Source: Betaproteobacteria bacterium (GTDB lineage: Bacteria; Pseudomonadota; Gammaproteobacteria; Burkholderiales; SG8-39). Taken from it: a stretch of DNA of 62,158 bases. The stretch is taken from the NCBI GenBank assembly GCA_005884455.1, contig VBCH01000208.1, positions 1-62,158 on the forward strand. Reading direction: 5' to 3'. The first letter of the stretch is position 1; every line of letters starts with the position of its first letter. Both the position numbers and the translations under genes were made by a program. The notes under the pieces were generated by a model. The model did no database searches. It was not told the origin of the DNA and saw only the letters and a list, made by a program, of their open reading frames with translations. Shown here piece by piece: positions 53,445 through 62,158 of this stretch.

Positions 53445-54980
53445 ATGATGAAGCTGTTCGGAGGAGGCGCGTCCGATCATCCCATGGCCGAGGTGAAGGG
53501 GGCCCGGGCGATCCTCGACGCCATTCCCGCAAGCGATCCGTTCAAGGCGCTGGAAGATCTGAATCACTGGCTGGAATCGGTGCGTACTTGGCCTGGCTTC
53601 AAACCCGAGCACCGCGCGCAGATCGTGCAGATGGTGGACGACGCCGCGCAGATTCACCTTCGCAAACTCCAGCGGGAGTACCTCTCCTCGCAGCGCCTGA
53701 CCAAGTTCCAGGAAAACCGGCTGTGGTCGCTGATACGCCAATGGTATGGGCAATCCGCACTCGCGTTCGCGATCTGCATCGAAGCCTACGCGACCGGCCA
53801 GAAGGGCTGGGAGGACCTGAAACAGAGCGTGCCCCTGCTCACCGTGCGTGCGTTGCGTGCGTACGCCGCGCAGATGAAATGGCAGCACATGCGCTACGGC
53901 CCTGCGGAGAATTCCCTGTGGGAAGTGGTCGCAAAGATCTACGCGCTCTCCGAAAACCGCAAGTACTCGCAGTCCAAGGTGGTCGCCTACGCAGGCTTGC
54001 CGGGGGAGACTTCGCCCGAGCAGGAATTTCTCAAAGCAGTGATGTTTGCGGCATCGTCGCCCGACAGCCTGCTTCCAGTCGAGATCGAGCTGGTCGAGCG
54101 GCTGATCGCGCATCTCGCCGGCTCGTTCAAGCTCACGACCAGCCTCCAGCCCGATATCGTCTACTGCTTCGATCTGGCCAATCACGAGCCTCCGGTGCGT
54201 GCCGCGCATCTGCCGCACCGCGCACCGACGCTCAGGTTCTTTGCCGCGGGCGGCGCCGTGAAGGAAATCGAGAAGCTCGCTCAGGCGGTGAAATCGACCG
54301 GTGCGGTGCCTTCGAGCATCGCGCTCGGCGGTGACTACGAAACCGAGATCGTGCTGGACGTTCTCGAGCACCTCGCTCTTCACTGGGCGCCCAAGCCGCC
54401 GGAGAGGAGAGCGCAGCGTCACAGGGTCAAATCGCGGCTCACCGTCACCTATGGTTTCGACGGAGTGCGCGCCGCGCTCGACCCTACCGGGGAGGTGCAG
54501 TTCGATCCGAGCAAGGTCGAGAGCTGGATTGTCGAGAACGTCAGTGCCGGAGGATTCGGAGCGAGCGTGCCGCAAATCAAAGGCGAGTGGCTGAAAATCG
54601 GCTGCCTGCTCGGGCTGCAGCCCGAAGGCGGCTCGAACTGGCTGGTCGGCGTGATTCGCCGTTTGACGCGCGAATCCGCGAAGCAGGGAACCGTGGGAAT
54701 CCAGACCCTGGGGCGTGCGGCGCTGCCCGTGCGGGTGAAGCTGCGGAGCGGGCAGATGGGAACCAGCGGGGACTCGGAAACGGCGATCCTGCTCAATCCG
54801 GTCGATTCCGCTCCCGAGGCGCAGCTGTTGCTCCGCGCCAATGTTCTGCTTGCCGGCCAGAATCTGGAGCTCGAGCGAAACGGGAAGGCCTACCTGCTGC
54901 TGCCTACGGGTGATATGGAACGCGGCGACGACTACGCGCTGGTGCGTTGCCGCCAGATGGTCCGCGATATAGGCGAGTAG
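53445..54980 (+). CDS. PilZ-domain protein with large uncharacterised N-terminal domain
   Basis: 511 aa. The C-terminal third carries RRAQR (RxxxR) and ENVSAGG (D/NxSxxG) at PilZ spacing. I could assign no family to the N-terminal ~330 aa. Confidence 0.8.
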   Translation: MMKLFGGGASDHPMAEVKGARAILDAIPASDPFKALEDLNHWLESVRTWPGFKPEHRAQIVQMVDDAAQIHLRKLQREYLSSQRLTKFQENRLWSLIRQWYGQSALAFAICIEAYATGQKGWEDLKQSVPLLTVRALRAYAAQMKWQHMRYGPAENSLWEVVAKIYALSENRKYSQSKVVAYAGLPGETSPEQEFLKAVMFAASSPDSLLPVEIELVERLIAHLAGSFKLTTSLQPDIVYCFDLANHEPPVRAAHLPHRAPTLRFFAAGGAVKEIEKLAQAVKSTGAVPSSIALGGDYETEIVLDVLEHLALHWAPKPPERRAQRHRVKSRLTVTYGFDGVRAALDPTGEVQFDPSKVESWIVENVSAGGFGASVPQIKGEWLKIGCLLGLQPEGGSNWLVGVIRRLTRESAKQGTVGIQTLGRAALPVRVKLRSGQMGTSGDSETAILLNPVDSAPEAQLLLRANVLLAGQNLELERNGKAYLLLPTGDMERGDDYALVRCRQMVRDIGE

Positions 54981-54989
54981 GACTGGCCT

Positions 54990-55661
54990 TCAGGCCTTGC
55001 AACCGAGCATCTTTCCCAGCCACGCGCCGATATCGGCGAGCTCCTCCGGGCAGACCGAGTGCGGCATCGGGTATTCGCGCCATTCCACGGGGTAGCCGAG
55101 CGATTGCAAAAGCCCGCGAGACTGTTCGGCCCGGTCGCGCGGGATGATCGGATCATACGTCCCGTGCGCCATAAAGATCGGGACATCGCGATTGGCGGCG
55201 CTCGCCTCGGCAAGGAGCTTTTCCCCGACCGGTACGTAGGTGGACAAGGCCATGATTCCGGCGATGCGCTCAGAATGGCGCAAGCCGGTGTGCAGCGCGA
55301 TCGCGCCGCCCTGCGAGAATCCCGCCAGCACCAGCTGCTCTGCCTTCGTGCCGCGCTTTTTTTCCCTGCCGATCAGGGTTTCGATGGATGCCTGCGAGGC
55401 GCGCACGCCGCGCTCGTCCTCGCGCCGGTTCGCGCCGTCCGCGATGTCGTACCATGCGCGCATGCGCATGCCGCCGTTGATCGTCACCGGCCGCACCGGC
55501 GCATGCGGAAATACGAAGCGGATCGCCGTCCTGGGGAGTCGAAGCTCGGGCACGATCGGTGCGAAGTCGTTGCCGTCCGCACCCAGGCCATGCAGCCAGA
55601 TGACGCTCGCCGTGGGGTTCCTTCCAGTTTCCATTTCGATGGCGTCGAGCAGATCGGGCAT
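54990..55661 (-). CDS. phospholipase/carboxylesterase-family alpha/beta hydrolase
   Basis: 223 aa. WLHGLGADG, nucleophile elbow GFSQGG, and HG..D...P in the C-terminal part. Confidence 0.88.
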   Translation of the reverse strand: MPDLLDAIEMETGRNPTASVIWLHGLGADGNDFAPIVPELRLPRTAIRFVFPHAPVRPVTINGGMRMRAWYDIADGANRREDERGVRASQASIETLIGREKKRGTKAEQLVLAGFSQGGAIALHTGLRHSERIAGIMALSTYVPVGEKLLAEASAANRDVPIFMAHGTYDPIIPRDRAEQSRGLLQSLGYPVEWREYPMPHSVCPEELADIGAWLGKMLGCKA

Positions 55662-55664
55662 GAG

Positions 55665-56261
55665 TCAGCTCGCTTTCGGGCGGATCGCCGACTTGGGCCG
55701 GAAGGCCTTCACCACTTCCTCGCGAGTCTCGATGTAGGGCCCGCCGATAAGGTCGATGCAGTAGGGGACAGCTGCGAAGATGCCCGCGACGACCGGCTTG
55801 CCGTCTTGGCTTTTCAGGCCTTCGAGCGTTTCGCGGATCGATTTGGGCTGGCCGGGCAGGTTGATGATGAGCGAGCCCTTGCGCACGACCGCAACCTGCC
55901 GCGAGAGAATCGCTGTGGGAACGAACTCGAGGCTGATCCTGCGCATCTGCTCGCCGAATCCGGGCATGAGCTTGTCGGCTATCGCGAGCGTGGCCTCGGG
56001 CGTGACGTCCCGGGGAGCGGGGCCGGTGCCGCCGGTGGTAAGCACGAGGTGGCAACCGCGCCGGTCGACGAGTTCGACGAGCGTCGCCTCGATCGCGGGT
56101 CGCTCGTCGGGAATAAGCCGCGTTTCAGTCCGCCAGGGCGTCGCGAGCGCGCGCGCGAACCATTCCTCGAGCGCCGGTATGCCTTCATCCTTGTAGACGC
56201 CGCTCGAGGCGCGGTCGCTGATCGAAACGAGTCCGATCAGCAGCTCGTCATTCGCCGTCAT
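55665..56261 (-). CDS. mogA: molybdopterin adenylyltransferase
   Basis: 198 aa from ATG 56261. TTGGTGPAPRD and NLPGQPKS motifs. The listed 734-aa ORF is an over-extension. Confidence 0.9.
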   Translation of the reverse strand: MTANDELLIGLVSISDRASSGVYKDEGIPALEEWFARALATPWRTETRLIPDERPAIEATLVELVDRRGCHLVLTTGGTGPAPRDVTPEATLAIADKLMPGFGEQMRRISLEFVPTAILSRQVAVVRKGSLIINLPGQPKSIRETLEGLKSQDGKPVVAGIFAAVPYCIDLIGGPYIETREEVVKAFRPKSAIRPKAS

Positions 56262-56763
56262 CTTCGGGCACCGGTTGCCAATCCGCGATGATATCGCGCA
56301 GCGTGCGGAACAGCTCGCGATAGGCTCGCGGCGGCCGCCCTGTGGCGCGCTCCTCGCGCGCGTTGCGCACCAGCGCGCGCAGGCGCTGGGTGTCGATGCG
56401 AGGATGGGCGTGGACCAGCGCGCCGATCGCGCCGTCGTTCTCCAGCAACTTCTCGCGCCAGCGCTCGATGCGGTGAACTCGCGCGGTCTCTTCGGTCGAG
56501 ACCCCGTCCCAGACCTTGAGCTTCTCGCGGATCGGTTCCGGGTCGACCGTGCGCATGAGCCTGCCGATGTATTGCAGTTGCCGGCGCCGCGCCTCGTGCT
56601 TGGTGATGCGCCGCGCCCGCTCGATCGCGTCCTGCAAGTCTTCGGGCAGCGCGATCGCGGCGAGCTGCTCCGAGTTGAGCCCGACCAGGCGCTCGCCAAG
56701 GCTCTGCAGTTCGTGCATGGCGCGTTTGCGCGCGGTCTTGCTGGGCTTTTCTTCGGCCTGCAC
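56248..56763 (-). CDS. yjgA: YjgA/DarP-family ribosome-associated protein (DUF615)
   Basis: Parallels E. coli YjgA (RRRQLQYIGRLMR, LRALVRNAREE). Divergent from pmbA, as in E. coli. The start is uncertain: GTG 56763 or TTG 56778. Confidence 0.78.
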   Translation of the reverse strand: MQAEEKPSKTARKRAMHELQSLGERLVGLNSEQLAAIALPEDLQDAIERARRITKHEARRRQLQYIGRLMRTVDPEPIREKLKVWDGVSTEETARVHRIERWREKLLENDGAIGALVHAHPRIDTQRLRALVRNAREERATGRPPRAYRELFRTLRDIIADWQPVPEDDGE

Positions 56764-56819
56764 GTTCCGGGGAAGCAATGATGAGCTGATATCATAGCGT
56801 CTTTCCCGCCGGTCCCCGC

Positions 56820-58160
56820 ATGGCTCCAAGCCGCTTCGCCCATGATCTCGACGCGTTGAAGACCATCGCCTCTGATGCCTTGGCGTACGCCCTTGAGAAA
56901 GGCGCGAGCGCCTGTGAAACCGAAAGCTCCGACGGCTACGGTCAGACGGTGACGGTACGCAAGGGCGAGGTCGAGACCATCGAATACAACCGCGACAAGA
57001 GCCTCGCGGTGACGGTGTACGTCGGCAGGAGGAAAGGGCACGCGAGCACCGCGGATTTCGCCCCACGCGCAATGCGCGACACGGTGGAGGCGGCCTTGAC
57101 GATCGCGCGCTTCACTGCCGAGGACGAGTGCGCGGGGCTCCCGGACCCCGAGGAGCTGGCGCGCGAACCGGGGGACCTCGACCTCTTCCATCCCTGGGAT
57201 CTGCCCGTCGAGCGGGCGATCGGGATCGCGAAGGCCTGCGAGGCCGCCGCTTTCCGCCTGGACAAGCGCGTGGTGAACTCCGAGGGCGCCAGCGTTTCCT
57301 GCCAGCAGTGGCATTTCGCGCTCGCCAACAACCACGGCTTCCTCGACGGTTTTCCCACGTCGCGGCACACGATCTCCTGCGCGGTGATCGCCGCCGAGGA
57401 CGGCAGGATGCAGCGCGACGACTGGTATGTGTCGCAGCGTTCCCCGCAGGACTTGGCCGAGCCCGAAGCCGTCGGCGACTACGCCGGGAGGCGCGCCCTC
57501 GCACGACTCAGAAGCCGCAAGATCGGGACGGTCCAGGCGCCGGTGCTGTTCGAGGCGCCGGTGGCGAACGACTTGCTCGCGACCTTCGTCTCGGCGGTGA
57601 GCGGGGGAAACCTCTACCGCAAGGCGTCGTTTCTGCTCGACAGCCTGGGCAAGCAAGTCTTCGCGCCTATGGTCACGCTCCTCGAGCGGCCACACCTGCC
57701 GCGCGCACCGGCGAGCTCCTGGTACGACGACGAGGGCGTCGCGACGCGCGACCGCGACGTGGTGAAGGAGGGCGTCCTGCGCGGCTATTTTCTCGGCAGC
57801 TATTCCGCGCGCAAGCTCGGGATGAAGACCACCGGCAGCGCGGGCGGCAATCACAACCTGATCCTGCAAGGCGGCGACCTCGATCTTGCCGGACTCATCA
57901 GGAAGATGGGTCGCGGGCTGCTGGTCACCGAGCTGATCGGGTTCGGGGTGAATCTCGTCACCGGCGACTACTCGCGCGGCGCGGCGGGCTACTGGGTGGA
58001 GGGCGGCGAGATCCGCTACCCCGTGGAGGAAATCACCATCGCCGGCAACCTGCGCGACATGTTCCGCGCGGTCGCGGCGATCGGAGCCGACGCGCTCACT
58101 CGCGGCTCGCGCACCACCGGCTCGATTCTCATCGAGAAAATGACTATTGCCGGAAACTGA
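56820..58160 (+). CDS. pmbA: metalloprotease PmbA (TldE)
   Basis: 446 aa. N-terminal ...ETESSDGYGQTVTVRKGEVETIEYNRDKSLAVTVY and a C-terminal GDYSRGAAGYWVEGGEI motif. Confidence 0.92.
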   Translation: MAPSRFAHDLDALKTIASDALAYALEKGASACETESSDGYGQTVTVRKGEVETIEYNRDKSLAVTVYVGRRKGHASTADFAPRAMRDTVEAALTIARFTAEDECAGLPDPEELAREPGDLDLFHPWDLPVERAIGIAKACEAAAFRLDKRVVNSEGASVSCQQWHFALANNHGFLDGFPTSRHTISCAVIAAEDGRMQRDDWYVSQRSPQDLAEPEAVGDYAGRRALARLRSRKIGTVQAPVLFEAPVANDLLATFVSAVSGGNLYRKASFLLDSLGKQVFAPMVTLLERPHLPRAPASSWYDDEGVATRDRDVVKEGVLRGYFLGSYSARKLGMKTTGSAGGNHNLILQGGDLDLAGLIRKMGRGLLVTELIGFGVNLVTGDYSRGAAGYWVEGGEIRYPVEEITIAGNLRDMFRAVAAIGADALTRGSRTTGSILIEKMTIAGN

Positions 58161-58222
58161 ACTCCGCGCCTGGCAACCGGAGTTATAATCGGCGCGCTTT
58201 CCATCCTAGGAGGGGATCACCC

Positions 58223-59347
58223 ATGAGAAGACGCGAATTCCTGAAGAACGCCGGGCTGGGCGCGGCGGCGGGCTCCGCATTGCTGGCGACGCAGGCCGGC
58301 GCGCAAACGGGCGGTCTTCCTGCCGTCAACTGGCGCATGGCGGCGAGCTGGCCGAAGAGCCTTGACACGCTTTACGGCGGCGCCGATCTGATCGGCAAGC
58401 GTGTCGGGGCGGCGACCGGAGGCAAGTTCAACATCAAGGTTTTCGCCGCCGGCGAGATCGTGGGCGGGCTGCAGGTTCTAGACGCCGTGCAGAACGGCAC
58501 CGTGGAGTGCGGCCATACTGCTACCTATTACTATTTCGGCAAGGATCCGACATTCGCGTTTTCCTGCGCCATTCCGTTCGGCATGAACGCCCGCCAGCAG
58601 AACGCCTGGATGTATCACGGCGGCGGCCTCGAGCTGATGCGCGAGTTCTTCAAAGAGTACAACATCATTCAGTTCCCCGCCGGCAACACCGGCTGCCAGA
58701 TGGGCGGCTGGTTCAGAAAGCCGATCAACAAGGTCGCGGACTTGAAAGGCCTCAAGATGCGCATCGGCGGAACCGGCGGTCTTCCGCTCACCAAGCTCGG
58801 CGTCGTGCCGCAGCAGATCGCCGGCGGCGACATCTACCCGGCGCTCGAAAAGGGCACGGTCGACGCGGCCGAATGGGTCGGCCCTTACGACGACGAGAAA
58901 CTCGGCTTCGCCAAGGTGGCGAAGTACTACTACTACCCGGGCTGGTGGGAAGGCGGTCCGGAGCTCGACCTGCTCGTCAACATCAAGGCCTGGGAATCGC
59001 TGCCGGCCGAGTACAAGGCGATCCTCGAGTCCGCGTGCGCGGAGGCCAACGTGTGGATGGTGGCGAAATACGACGCGCTCAACCCGGATGCTCTGAAGCG
59101 CCTGCTCGCGTCCGGCGTGAAGCTGCAGCCGTTCTCCAACGAGATCATGGCCGCCTGCTACAAGGCCTCCGCCGAAGTGTACGACGAGTTTGCGACGAAG
59201 AATGCGAAGTTCAAGAAGGTCTACGACTCCTGGAAGAAATTCCGCAACGAGCAGAACCAGTGGTTTGCTGTCGCCGAGAGCCGCTTCGACAACTTCATGA
59301 TTGCCGCCGAACGCCTGACCCAGCGAGGGCCCGGGAAGAAAGGTTAG
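58223..59347 (+). CDS. TRAP transporter substrate-binding protein with Tat signal
   Basis: SD AGGAGGGG. MRRREFLKNAGLGAAAGSALLATQAGA twin-arginine signal. DctP-like body of the COG4663 type. Confidence 0.88.
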   Translation: MRRREFLKNAGLGAAAGSALLATQAGAQTGGLPAVNWRMAASWPKSLDTLYGGADLIGKRVGAATGGKFNIKVFAAGEIVGGLQVLDAVQNGTVECGHTATYYYFGKDPTFAFSCAIPFGMNARQQNAWMYHGGGLELMREFFKEYNIIQFPAGNTGCQMGGWFRKPINKVADLKGLKMRIGGTGGLPLTKLGVVPQQIAGGDIYPALEKGTVDAAEWVGPYDDEKLGFAKVAKYYYYPGWWEGGPELDLLVNIKAWESLPAEYKAILESACAEANVWMVAKYDALNPDALKRLLASGVKLQPFSNEIMAACYKASAEVYDEFATKNAKFKKVYDSWKKFRNEQNQWFAVAESRFDNFMIAAERLTQRGPGKKG

Positions 59348-59380
59348 GGAACGAGAAGATCCCGGAAGCAGGAAGGAGAT

Positions 59381-59406
59381 AGCCCCGCCTGAAGCGGGGC
59401 TTTTTT
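59381..59406 (+). terminator. rho-independent terminator of the TRAP binding-protein gene
   Basis: AGCCCCGC-CTGAA-GCGGGGCT followed by T6 (the first T is shared with the stem), 34 nt after the stop codon. Confidence 0.85.
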
Positions 59407-59433
59407 ATTCCGCGAGATCTTCTGTTGCCGCTG

Positions 59434-61182
59434 CTACTTTTTTGCCGGCTTCTCGGGGCTGCCACCCAGTGCGCGCTCGAGTGCTTTTTCCGCCTGTTCC
59501 TGCTCGGAGCCCTGGTCGGCGCCGCCGGGCTGATCCGAGGCGCCCGGTGCCCCAGGCGCCTCCCGTTCCTCGGCCGGCACCTCGATCTGGATATTCCTGA
59601 TGTCCAACGCCTGCTTCTTCGCGATCCCGCCCGTCACGATGCCCGGGAACGTGATGATGAGCGCCACCATGATGATCTGGATCAGCACGAACGGAACCGC
59701 GCCCCAGTAGATTTGCCCGGTCGTGACCCGCGCGGTCAGCCTGCCGGTGAGCTTATCCGTGAAATCCCTGGCGGGTGCCACGCTGCGCAAGTAGAAGAGC
59801 GCGAATCCGAAAGGCGGGTGCATGAACGAGGTCTGCATGTTGACCCCGTAGAGCACGCCGAGCCAGATGAGATCGATGCCGAGCTTCTCGGCGACCGGCC
59901 CCAGCAGGGGAATGACGATGAACGACAGCTCGAAGAAATCCAGGAAGAACGCGAGCACGAAGATGAGGATGTTGGTGACGATCAGGAAGCCCAGTTGGCC
60001 GCCGGGAAGGTTGGTGAGCAGGCTTTCCACCCAGAGGTGTCCGTCCACGCCGTAGAAGGTGAGGCTGAACACTCGCGCGCCAACCAGGATGAACACGACG
60101 AAGGCGGTCAGTTTGGCGGTCGTGTCCATCGCCTGTTTCAGCAATTTGACGGAGAGCCGGCGGCGCGCGAGCGCCATGGCGAGCGCGCCGGAGGCGCCCA
60201 TCGCGCCGCCCTCGGTCGGCGTCGCCACGCCGAGGAAAATCGTTCCGAGCACGAGGAAAATCAGCGCGAGCGGCGGGATCAGCACGAAAGTCACGCGCTC
60301 CGCTATGCGGGACAGCAGGCCGAGCTTCGCGAAATGATTGATCACCGACGCCGCGAATGCCACACCGACACCGACCGCGGTGGACACCACCAGCATCTCG
60401 TCGGTGGGCCCGTCCGGCCCGTACTTGTATTTCGCGAAACCGATCGCGGCGGCCGTGGCGACGAGAACCAGCACGACCAGCGAGCGCGTGCCGCCCGATC
60501 CGTCGGGCTCGCGCAGGGTGCGTGCCTCCGCCGGCAGCGCCGGCGCCCACGCCGGCTTCACCAGCGTGATCCCTAGCGCGTACACGGCATACAGGCCGGC
60601 GAGCGTCAGCCCGGGAATGAAGGCGCCTTCGTACATGTCGCCGACCGAGCGGCCGAGCTGGTCGGCCATGATGATGAGCACGAGCGAGGGCGGGATGATC
60701 TGCGCGAGCGTGCCCGAAGCGGCGATCACGCCGGTGGCGAAGCGGCGGTCGTAGCCGTAGCGCAGCATGATCGGCAGCGAAATCAGTCCCATCGAAATCA
60801 CCGAAGCCGCCACCACGCCGGTCGTAGCGGCAAGCAACGCGCCGACGAAGATCACGGCGAACGCGAGTCCGCCGCGCAGCGGTCCGAACACCTGGCCGAT
60901 GGTGTCGAGCAGGTCCTCGGCCATGCCGCTGCGCTCGAGGATGAGCCCCATGAAGGTGAAGAACGGCACAGCGAGCAGGGTGTCGTTCGACATGACCGCC
61001 CAGATGCGCTGCGGCAGCGCCTGGAACAGCGTCGGCTGCAGCAGCCCCAGCTCGATTCCCCCCAGCCCGAAGAAGATGCCGATCGCGGCGAGGGAGAAGG
61101 CGACCGGATAGCCGATCAGCAAGAAGATGACGAGCGCCACGAACATAAGGGGCGCCATGTTGTGGGAGAGGAACTCGATCAT
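59434..61182 (-). CDS. TRAP transporter large permease (DctM-like) with charged C-terminal tail
   Basis: 582 aa, multi-TM. N-terminal FVALVIFLLIGYPVAFSLA...PFFTFMGLILERSGMAEDL. The last ~60 aa are hydrophilic and Pro/Glu/Gly-rich. Confidence 0.9.
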   Translation of the reverse strand: MIEFLSHNMAPLMFVALVIFLLIGYPVAFSLAAIGIFFGLGGIELGLLQPTLFQALPQRIWAVMSNDTLLAVPFFTFMGLILERSGMAEDLLDTIGQVFGPLRGGLAFAVIFVGALLAATTGVVAASVISMGLISLPIMLRYGYDRRFATGVIAASGTLAQIIPPSLVLIIMADQLGRSVGDMYEGAFIPGLTLAGLYAVYALGITLVKPAWAPALPAEARTLREPDGSGGTRSLVVLVLVATAAAIGFAKYKYGPDGPTDEMLVVSTAVGVGVAFAASVINHFAKLGLLSRIAERVTFVLIPPLALIFLVLGTIFLGVATPTEGGAMGASGALAMALARRRLSVKLLKQAMDTTAKLTAFVVFILVGARVFSLTFYGVDGHLWVESLLTNLPGGQLGFLIVTNILIFVLAFFLDFFELSFIVIPLLGPVAEKLGIDLIWLGVLYGVNMQTSFMHPPFGFALFYLRSVAPARDFTDKLTGRLTARVTTGQIYWGAVPFVLIQIIMVALIITFPGIVTGGIAKKQALDIRNIQIEVPAEEREAPGAPGASDQPGGADQGSEQEQAEKALERALGGSPEKPAKK

Positions 61183-61769
61183 GCCGATGCTTCCCGCTGC
61201 TTGCGGAGCTCTTCGGCAAGCTGCTCCTCAAGGCTCGGGCCTTCGTCTTTGTCGGTCGGATCGGGAATCAAGCCGCGCAGATACGCGATTCGCTTGATCA
61301 GCTCGGAGATCCCCTGCGCCACAAGCAGGAAGAAGCCGACCGGAACCATGAGCCGCGCCGGCCAGACGGTCAAGCCACCCGCATTGGTCGAGATTTCGTG
61401 GCTCCTGTAGGCATCGACGAACACGGGCCAGGATAGCCACATGATCGTAATCGCCATCGGCAAAAGAAACAGCAGCGTGCCGAACACGTCGATCCACGCC
61501 TGGGCCCGCTTCGACAGGCGCCCGGCGATGACGTCGATGCGCACGTGCTGGTTGTGCAGGAGCGTATAGCCCGCGCAGAACAGGAACACCGCGGAGAACA
61601 AGTACCACTGGATCTCCAGCCAGGCGTTCGAGCTGCGATTGAACGCGTAGCGGACGATCGCGTTTCCGGCGCTCACCAGCACGGCGACCAGGATCAACCA
61701 GTAGATCGCCCGCCCGATGCGCTCGTTCAGCGCATCGATGAGGCGCGAAACCGACAGCAGGAAGTTCAT
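61179..61769 (-). CDS. TRAP transporter small permease (DctQ-like)
   Basis: 196 aa, four TM segments. 4-nt overlap with the large permease gene. Confidence 0.85.
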   Translation of the reverse strand: MNFLLSVSRLIDALNERIGRAIYWLILVAVLVSAGNAIVRYAFNRSSNAWLEIQWYLFSAVFLFCAGYTLLHNQHVRIDVIAGRLSKRAQAWIDVFGTLLFLLPMAITIMWLSWPVFVDAYRSHEISTNAGGLTVWPARLMVPVGFFLLVAQGISELIKRIAYLRGLIPDPTDKDEGPSLEEQLAEELRKQREASA

Positions 61770-61981
61770 TTTCCCTCCCCAGTGGCGTGCGATTGTCCCC
61801 TATTGCCCCCGGGTTTGGCAAAAACGAAGCGGCGGCGCCGACGGCTCACGGGATACAGGCAAGATAGTGCATTCTCGGGTCTTGCGTCCGCGGCGCCTCC
61901 GTATGGACTTCCTCCGGGGGCCGGAATAAGATCAAAAACCAGCCAGCAAACTCATTCAGTCGTCCACCTAGGAGATTTTTC

Positions 61982-62158
61982 ATGGTTTCCCTCGTTATCA
62001 ACGGCAAGACCCGCGAGGTCGGCGCCGCGCCCGGCACGCCCCTCTTGTGGGTGCTGCGCGACTCGCTGCGCATGACTGGCACGAAGTTCGGCTGCGGCAT
62101 CGCTCAGTGCGGTGCCTGCACCGTGCACCTCGACGGGGTGCCCGTGCGCTCCTGCGTT
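61982..62158 (+). CDS. (2Fe-2S)-binding subunit of a molybdenum hydroxylase (IorA/CoxS-like), 3' end outside window
   Basis: SD AGGAG precedes the ATG at 61982. [13 protein letters not shown]...[32 protein letters not shown] carries the plant-ferredoxin-like Cys cluster. The frame is open to the window edge. Confidence 0.85.
   Translation, partial: MVSLVINGKTREVGAAPGTPLLWVLRDSLRMTGTKFGCGIAQCGACTVHLDGVPVRSCV

Noticed and set aside
56262-57869. Long N-terminal extensions of listed ORFs: mogA to 57869, thyA to 15082, argG to 30706, argF to 32139, pilY1 to 49308
   Set aside because: The extensions overlap neighbouring well-supported genes and lack homology-like sequence. Internal starts give canonical protein lengths and N-termini.

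Overview
High-GC proteobacterial chromosome segment. Gene order resembles Beta-/Gammaproteobacteria: rpsT-murJ...ribF-ileS-lspA-ispH converging on a type IV minor-pilin cluster, as I recall for Pseudomonas aeruginosa. I could support about 62 protein genes, one tRNA-Thr(CGU), a few hairpins and terminators, and one very clear sigma-54 promoter. I saw no rRNA, CRISPR array, transposase, integrase or phage genes.

Housekeeping content:
- folA, thyA, xseB-ispA-dxs, folE2, argD-argF-argG
- rpsT, murJ, ribF-ileS-lspA-ispH
- mogA, yjgA, pmbA, and a TRAP transporter

Signalling content:
- Two tandem hybrid histidine kinases, followed by a small STAS-like ORF and a REC-GGDEF cyclase.
- A translationally coupled GlrK/QseE - lipoprotein - GlrR/QseF-type module.
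- YajQ, a PilZ-domain protein and an Irr-like Fur-family regulator.

Most interesting candidate system (7.5-14.1 kb): the GlrK/lipoprotein/GlrR-like module is followed directly by a perfect TGGCAC-N5-TTGCA sigma-54 promoter. A TGTC-N10-GACA palindrome and a weaker GTC-N10-GAC palindrome lie upstream of it. The promoter points into an uncharacterised all-envelope operon:
- a SlyB-like glycine-zipper protein
- a PA2779-like protein
- a PA2778-like C39/TPR cysteine-peptidase lipoprotein
- a 2TM protein of unknown function

Other second-look items:
- a BNR/Asp-box propeller paired with a Gly-Gly-terminated MoaD/ThiS-like protein
- an accessory S26 signal-peptidase operon with three small exported proteins, in a visibly lower-GC patch
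- an A/T-rich intergenic region with an orphan minus-strand intrinsic terminator (possible sRNA)
- a 1504-aa PilY1 with an internal tandem duplication
- a rearranged minor-pilin cluster

All functional calls rest on motifs recognised by eye in the supplied translations. No database search was possible.
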